Part shown: positions 59,092 to 64,000 of the stretch, piece after piece
How the letters are laid out: each line of letters starts with the position of its first letter
Numbering within the stretch: the stretch's first letter is position 1
From: an uncultured delta proteobacterium
Lineage (GTDB): Bacteria > Myxococcota_A > UBA9160 > UBA4427
Assembly (NCBI GenBank): GCA_963822965.1
Contig: CAWGJT010000005.1
Location: 1,536,001 to 1,600,000, forward strand
Length of the DNA stretch: 64,000 bases
Direction: 5' to 3'
Program-made: the position numbers and the translations under genes
The notes under the pieces: model-generated
The model's database searches: none
What the model saw: only the letters and a program-made list of their open reading frames with translations
Told to the model about the DNA's origin: nothing

Positions 59092-60129
59092 TCAGTCCTG
59101 CCGGGGATCGACCAGGATCTTCACCGCGCCGTCGCCCGAGAGCAGGCGTCGGAACGCCGGCTCGAGGTCGGCGAGGCCGACGGTGGCGGTGTGCAGGGGG
59201 TCGAGCTGCAGGCGACCGTCCACGACCAGCTGCATCGCCACGTCGAACTCCTCGTGCAGGTAGCCCAGGGACGCGACGAGCCGGATCTCGCGCGCGAGCC
59301 AGGCCGCGGGCGCGATCCGGGCGGGCGCGGTGGCGAGCCCCACCAGCGAGACCAGTCCACCGCGACGGGCGAGCCCCGCGGACTGGTCGATGGTGGCGGG
59401 GATGCCCGCACACTCGAAGACCACGTCGGCGCCCCCGGGCCCGCACTGCTCGCGGATGCGCGATTCGAACCCGGGGTCGGCGGGGTCGACGATCGCGCTG
59501 GCCCCGAGCCTGGCGGCCAGCTCCGCGCGGCTCGGTTCGGGCTCGACGACCACGACCCGGGCCGCCCCCGCGGCGAACGCGGCCTGCTGCACCAGCAGCC
59601 CGATGGGCCCGGCGCCCAGCACGACCACCACGTCTCCGAGCCGGAGGGGGGTGCGGCGCACGGCGTGGACCGCCACCGCGGCCGGCTCGAGCATCGAGGC
59701 CTGCACGAGGGAGATCTCGGGACGCAGCCCGTAGAGCCTGGCGGCCTCGACGCCGATGGCTCGCGCGAATCCGCCGTGGGCCGGGGAGAGCGGTCCCTGA
59801 CCGAGCAGGCTCGCCAGCAACGCGCCGCAGTGGGCGGGGTCGCCGGCTCGACACTCCCGGCAGGCTCCGCACGCGGGCGCCACGCCGATGCCCACGCGAT
59901 CGCCTTCGCGCACGTTGTCGACACCGGCGCCCACGGCCGAGACCGTGCCCGACCACTCGTGCCCGCAGAGCGCCGGGCTGTAGGGCACCCCCTCGTGATA
60001 GGCGTGCAGGTCGGTCCCGCAGATGCCGCAGCACGCGATCTCGACCACGGCCTTGCCCGGCGTCGGCTCCGGATCGGGAAAGTCACGAAGCTCGATGCGC
60101 TCGCGACCCGTCACGAGAGCGACCTGCAT
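59092..60129 (-). CDS. Zn-dependent alcohol dehydrogenase (MDR family)
   Basis: CGICGTDLH, GHE.SG, CGACRECRAG....C, GAGPIG. Confidence 0.92.
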   Translation of the reverse strand: MQVALVTGRERIELRDFPDPEPTPGKAVVEIACCGICGTDLHAYHEGVPYSPALCGHEWSGTVSAVGAGVDNVREGDRVGIGVAPACGACRECRAGDPAHCGALLASLLGQGPLSPAHGGFARAIGVEAARLYGLRPEISLVQASMLEPAAVAVHAVRRTPLRLGDVVVVLGAGPIGLLVQQAAFAAGAARVVVVEPEPSRAELAARLGASAIVDPADPGFESRIREQCGPGGADVVFECAGIPATIDQSAGLARRGGLVSLVGLATAPARIAPAAWLAREIRLVASLGYLHEEFDVAMQLVVDGRLQLDPLHTATVGLADLEPAFRRLLSGDGAVKILVDPRQD

Positions 60130-60348
60130 GCGGGTTCTCCTCGCCCGGCTCCCCTCGCCCGGCCCTCGTCGCGTCGTGATCGGACCCGGCGCGTCCTCCG
60201 CAGAAGCAGACACGGGAGGCCCGAAGAGCGGCGAATTGTAGCGATGTGGCCCTCCTCCGGGCACGCCGTCGGCGGGCACTCGCGTGCCCCGGGGCTGGAC
60301 TATGCTCGAAGACCCGCCGGCCGCAGCGCGGCCGCCCTGGAGATTGCC

Positions 60349-61242
60349 ATGAGCCTCACCCTCGGCGCCGTCTTCCCCACCACCGAGATCGGCAACGATC
60401 CGGCGGCGATCCGCGACTGGGCGCAGACCGCGGAAGCCCTCGGCTACCGGCACATGATCACCTACGACCACGTGCTCGGGGCGGTGCACGCGGACCGGGA
60501 CCCGAAGCTGACCGGACCCTACACGGAGAGCGATCCCTTCCACGAGCCCTTCGTGCTCTTCGGCTATCTGGCCGGGGTCACCCGCACCCTCGGCCTCACG
60601 ACCGGGGTGGTCATCCTTCCCCAGCGACAGACGGCGCTCGTCGCCAAGCAGGCCGTCGAGATCGACGTCCTCTCGGGCGGGCGACTGCGGCTCGGCGTGG
60701 GCACCGGCTGGAACTGGGTCGAGTACCAGGCCCTGGGCCAGCGCTTCGACGATCGCGGCAAGCGCTTCGACGAGCAGGTCGAATTGCTGCGGCGGCTGTG
60801 GCGCGAGCCCGTGGTCGACTTCGATGGCCGCTACCACCGCATCGACCGCGCCGGGCTGCTGCCGCTCCCCGGCCGCGAGATTCCCCTGTGGTTCGGCGCC
60901 TTGAGCGAGGTGGCGCTCCGGCGCGCGGCCCGGGTCGGCGACGGCGTCCTCTACGGCACCCGACCGAGCCGCGTGAAGCGCCTGCACGAGAAGCTGAAGG
61001 AGCACGTGGCCCAGGCGGGACGGGGCGCGGAGAGCGTCGGTGCGGAGGCGGTGCTCGACTTCGCCGACGGTCCCGACGTCTGGCACGCGGAGATCGCGCT
61101 CTGGAAGGAGCTCGGCGGCACCCATCTCTCGATCCGCGCCATGGACACCGGCGCCGAGCTCATCGGAACCCGGCGCATGGGCTACCAGGGCCCCGGCGAC
61201 TACATCCGGGCCCTCGAAACCTTCCGGAAGGAGATCGGCTGA
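60349..61242 (+). CDS. LLM-class (luciferase-like, putatively F420-dependent) oxidoreductase
   Basis: YDHVLG, FHEPFVL.GYLA, ILPQRQTALVAKQA.E.D.LSGGR.RLGVG.GWN. Confidence 0.9.
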   Translation: MSLTLGAVFPTTEIGNDPAAIRDWAQTAEALGYRHMITYDHVLGAVHADRDPKLTGPYTESDPFHEPFVLFGYLAGVTRTLGLTTGVVILPQRQTALVAKQAVEIDVLSGGRLRLGVGTGWNWVEYQALGQRFDDRGKRFDEQVELLRRLWREPVVDFDGRYHRIDRAGLLPLPGREIPLWFGALSEVALRRAARVGDGVLYGTRPSRVKRLHEKLKEHVAQAGRGAESVGAEAVLDFADGPDVWHAEIALWKELGGTHLSIRAMDTGAELIGTRRMGYQGPGDYIRALETFRKEIG

Positions 61243-62252
61243 TGCAGGAAGCACAGGGTGAGTACCGGATCTACGGGGCCGAGGTGTCCCCCTACTCGGT
61301 CAAGGTGCGCTCGTACTTCCGCTACAAGGGCATCCCGCACCGGTGGATCGTGCGCAGCGCGGCCACCCAGGCCGAGTCGATGAAGTACGCGAAGCTTCCG
61401 CTGATTCCCATCGTCGCCACCCCCGAAGACGAGGGTCTCCAGGACTCGACGCCCATCATCGAAGCCCTCGAGGACCGCTTTCCCGAGCCGAGCATCCACC
61501 CCGACGACCCGGCGCTCGCCTTCCTGTCGGCGCTCGTCGAGGAGTTCGGCGACGAGTGGGGCAACAAGTGGATGTTCCACTATCGCTGGGCGCGGGAGGC
61601 GGACCAGGACTCCGCGGCGGAGCGTATCGTCCGCACCATGATGCCGGACGCCGAAGGCGAGCAGCTCGCGGGCATGGTGGCGAACATCAAGAGCCGCATG
61701 GTGGATCGCGTCTGGTTCGTGGGCTCGAACGAACGCACCGCACCGCAGATCGAGGCGTCGTTCCGGGAGACGATCGACCTGCTGGACACCCACCTGGCCG
61801 GGCGCCCGTTCCTGTTCGGCAAGCGGCCCGCGTTCGGCGACTTCGGGCTCTGGGGGCAGATCTACAACTGCCACACCGACCCGACCGCCGGAGCCCTGCT
61901 CGACGAGCACGCGCCGCACGTCGTGGCCTGGTGCGAGCGCATGCTGGAGCCCAAGGCCGAGGGGCCCTTCGAGAGCTGGGACGCGCTGGCGCCCACCCTG
62001 GCGCCCGTCCTCGAGCGCCAGGTGGGGCGGCTCTTCCTGCCCTGGTCCGACGCCAACGCGAAGGCCATCGCCGCGGGCGAGGAGGAGCTCCGCGTCTCGC
62101 TGGGCGGGCAGACGTGGGACCAGAAGCCGCAGAAGTACCACGCCCGCTCGCTGTCTGCGTTGCGCCGCCGCTACCGCACGGTGGCCGACCGGTCGGCCCT
62201 CGACCCGATCCTCGAGCGCACGGGATGCCTCGTCTGGCTGCAGGCCGAGTGA
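61242..62252 (+). CDS. Glutathione S-transferase-like protein (long form)
   Basis: SPYSVKVRSYFRYK.IPH, LIP, QDSTPII, DEWGNKWMFHYRW. Confidence 0.85.
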   Translation: MQEAQGEYRIYGAEVSPYSVKVRSYFRYKGIPHRWIVRSAATQAESMKYAKLPLIPIVATPEDEGLQDSTPIIEALEDRFPEPSIHPDDPALAFLSALVEEFGDEWGNKWMFHYRWAREADQDSAAERIVRTMMPDAEGEQLAGMVANIKSRMVDRVWFVGSNERTAPQIEASFRETIDLLDTHLAGRPFLFGKRPAFGDFGLWGQIYNCHTDPTAGALLDEHAPHVVAWCERMLEPKAEGPFESWDALAPTLAPVLERQVGRLFLPWSDANAKAIAAGEEELRVSLGGQTWDQKPQKYHARSLSALRRRYRTVADRSALDPILERTGCLVWLQAE

Positions 62253-62277
62253 CTCCGGCGCACGCGAGCGCCCGCCG

Positions 62278-63315
62278 TCAGGCGAAGAGGGCCTCGCAGC
62301 CCGTGCCCGCCAGCACCGCGTCGACCGCGGTGCGATCGGGCGGCGCCAGCGCCTGGTAGTCGGCGCGCAGCCAGCGCAGGCACTTGCCCTGGTAGGGGAA
62401 GGGCTTCTGCACCCACGGCCGTCCGTCGATCGTGCACTCCACCCGCTCGGCGCCGCTCTCGAGAGCAGCGCCGTTCGCGATCAGGAAGGGTGCGTGCACG
62501 CGCCCCACCTCGGCGAGCAGCGCGCGCAGGGTCGCCGGGACGGCGTCTCGCGCGATCCAGCCGTCGTCGCCCCACTCGAAGCCGGAGAGATCTTCCACCA
62601 CCTCCACCCACGCCACGACCCGGGGCGAGATCTCGAGGGCCAGGGCCGCACTCGTCGGATCGAAGAGAGCCAGCTGGGTGAGTTGCCCGAAGAGGCCGAA
62701 ATCCGAGCTTCCCGGCCGGCCGCCCATCACGAAGAGGTGCTGGCAGAGATGGGCGTCCAGCAGACGGAGCAGCCGCCGGTAGCTCTCCTCGATCACGGGT
62801 GCCGTCGTCTCGTTCGAGCCCACCACCCAGAGCCGATCGATCTGACGTTGCGCGATCGCCTGCGAGAACTTCGCGATCACGTCGCCCGGCGCGTCGGTGG
62901 CCCGCCACAGGGGCAGGATGGCCGCGGCCTTCTCGATGTCGGCCGGGTAGGACCAGCGGTAGTGGAACATCGCCTTCGTCAGCCACTCGTCCGCGTAGTC
63001 CTCGACGAGAGCGTCGAGGAAGGCCACCACCGGATCCTCGGGCACCACGCTGCGTCCGGACTCCATCTCCTCGAGGCGCCGGATGATCGGCGTCGAATCG
63101 ACGGAGGCCTCGTCTCCCGCGCCGCCCCTTCCGGGAACGACGAGCACCGGCATCAGCTCGACGGCCGTCTTCGGCGTGTCCCGATCGGCGAGGGTGCCCC
63201 GCACCACCCAGCGGTGGGGGATGCGTCGATAGCGAAGGACGGCGCGGAGCTTCCGGCTGTAGGGCGAGCCGGGGGCGCCGACGATCCGCAGGGGGTTCGA
63301 GGGGTCGATGCTCAT
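62278..63315 (-). CDS. Glutathione S-transferase-like protein (paralog)
   Basis: SPYSRKLRAVLRYRRIPH, LMP, DSTPII, DEWLTKAMFHYRW. Confidence 0.85.
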   Translation of the reverse strand: MSIDPSNPLRIVGAPGSPYSRKLRAVLRYRRIPHRWVVRGTLADRDTPKTAVELMPVLVVPGRGGAGDEASVDSTPIIRRLEEMESGRSVVPEDPVVAFLDALVEDYADEWLTKAMFHYRWSYPADIEKAAAILPLWRATDAPGDVIAKFSQAIAQRQIDRLWVVGSNETTAPVIEESYRRLLRLLDAHLCQHLFVMGGRPGSSDFGLFGQLTQLALFDPTSAALALEISPRVVAWVEVVEDLSGFEWGDDGWIARDAVPATLRALLAEVGRVHAPFLIANGAALESGAERVECTIDGRPWVQKPFPYQGKCLRWLRADYQALAPPDRTAVDAVLAGTGCEALFA

Positions 63316-63523
63316 CGCGGGCTCCTGGACTCGCTCGGGACCGACGGCGGCGCCGAGCCGCGCGGATTCTACCTATTGGCACTCTTCCTGCCAATTACTC
63401 CGGCCACGGACGGCCCGTCGGCGGAACCCCCCGCCGCGGCAGGGCGATCGACTCCCCGGGCTCTCGCGAACGGCCGAGAGTATGTCACCCTAGCGGCCCC
63501 GACCGATCCCACAGGAGGCGTCG

Positions 63524-64000
63524 ATGGCGCAAGTCGGATCCATCGGTACCGGCAACGTCGGCAGGCAGAAGCTCCGCCTCGCCATCGTCGGCGTCGGCAA
63601 CTGCGCCAGCTCCCTGGTGCAGGGCATCCACTACTACCGCGACAAGCAGCCCGCGGACGCGGTGGGGCTCCTCAACTGGGAGATCGGCGGCTACCGCCCC
63701 TTCGATCTCGAGGTGGTGGCGGCCTTCGACGTGGACGTCCGCAAGGTGGGCAAGGACGTCGCCCAGGCGATCTTCCAGCCGCCGAACTGCACCATCGTGT
63801 TCCAGCCCGAGGTGCCGAAGACGGGCGTCGACGTGCGCATGGGCCGCGTGCTCGACGGCATCGCGGACCACATGCTGGACTACCCCACCGCTCGCACCTT
63901 CCTGCGCTCCGACGACCCGGAGCCCACCGCGCGAGAGATCGTCGAATGCCTGCGCGAGTCGGGCACCGACGTGCTCGTCAACTACCTGCCCGTGGGCTCC
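63524..64000 (+). CDS. ino1: myo-inositol-1-phosphate synthase, 5' part (runs off the window; absent from the ORF track)
   Basis: RLAIVGVGNCASSLVQGIHYY, VAAFDVD.RKVG.D, PNCT, DVLVNYLPVGS; AGGAGG RBS. Confidence 0.92.
   Translation, partial: MAQVGSIGTGNVGRQKLRLAIVGVGNCASSLVQGIHYYRDKQPADAVGLLNWEIGGYRPFDLEVVAAFDVDVRKVGKDVAQAIFQPPNCTIVFQPEVPKTGVDVRMGRVLDGIADHMLDYPTARTFLRSDDPEPTAREIVECLRESGTDVLVNYLPVGS

Noticed and set aside
59080..62252. 720-aa and 668-aa ORFs suggesting ADH/LLM/GST fusions
   Set aside because: The N-terminal extensions are shadow frames of neighbouring genes; the true starts are 60129(-), 60349(+) and 61242(+)
63485..63873. Minus-strand ORFs at the end of the window
   Set aside because: Antisense to the ino1 gene, which runs off the window on the plus strand

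Overview
A very GC-rich bacterial chromosome segment from a Gram-negative-type organism (TonB system, OmpA, PEP-CTERM). The gene content suggests a Myxococcota/deltaproteobacteria-like lineage, but that is inference. I saw no rRNA, tRNA, CRISPR array, transposase or integrase. There are four blocks. (1) 1-11.2 kb: a glycogen/trehalose operon (treS-mak 3' end, glgB, glgX, treZ, treY, malQ) with several single-base frameshifts that look like long-read errors. (2) 11.2-31.9 kb: a stress/carbon-acetate island with an NtrC-type enhancer-binding protein and at least five near-consensus sigma54 (-24/-12) promoters, plus a transaldolase-like gene, ppsA, a LigD phosphoesterase, cfa, a degenerate acetate kinase, an S2P-CBS protease, a Pat acetyltransferase, MarC, a small-protein/nucleotidyltransferase pair and a Na/Pi transporter. 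(3) 31.9-46.1 kb, the most interesting part: a TonB-dependent receptor, a Cys-rich secreted beta-helix-like protein and a PEP-CTERM protein, transcribed divergently from a DUF3450-TtpC-ExbB-ExbD-ExbD-TonB-TPR energiser operon. All three promoter regions carry 11-bp-period Pho-box-like repeats. (4) 46.2-64 kb: assorted metabolic genes (GH13, SDRs, tetraheme cytochrome c, MenA-like, BVMO, RRM protein, vWA-OmpA, MAPEG, ADH, LLM, two GST-like paralogs, ino1 5' end) and a 169-bp MITE-like palindromic element. All calls come from motif recognition by eye; no database search was run.
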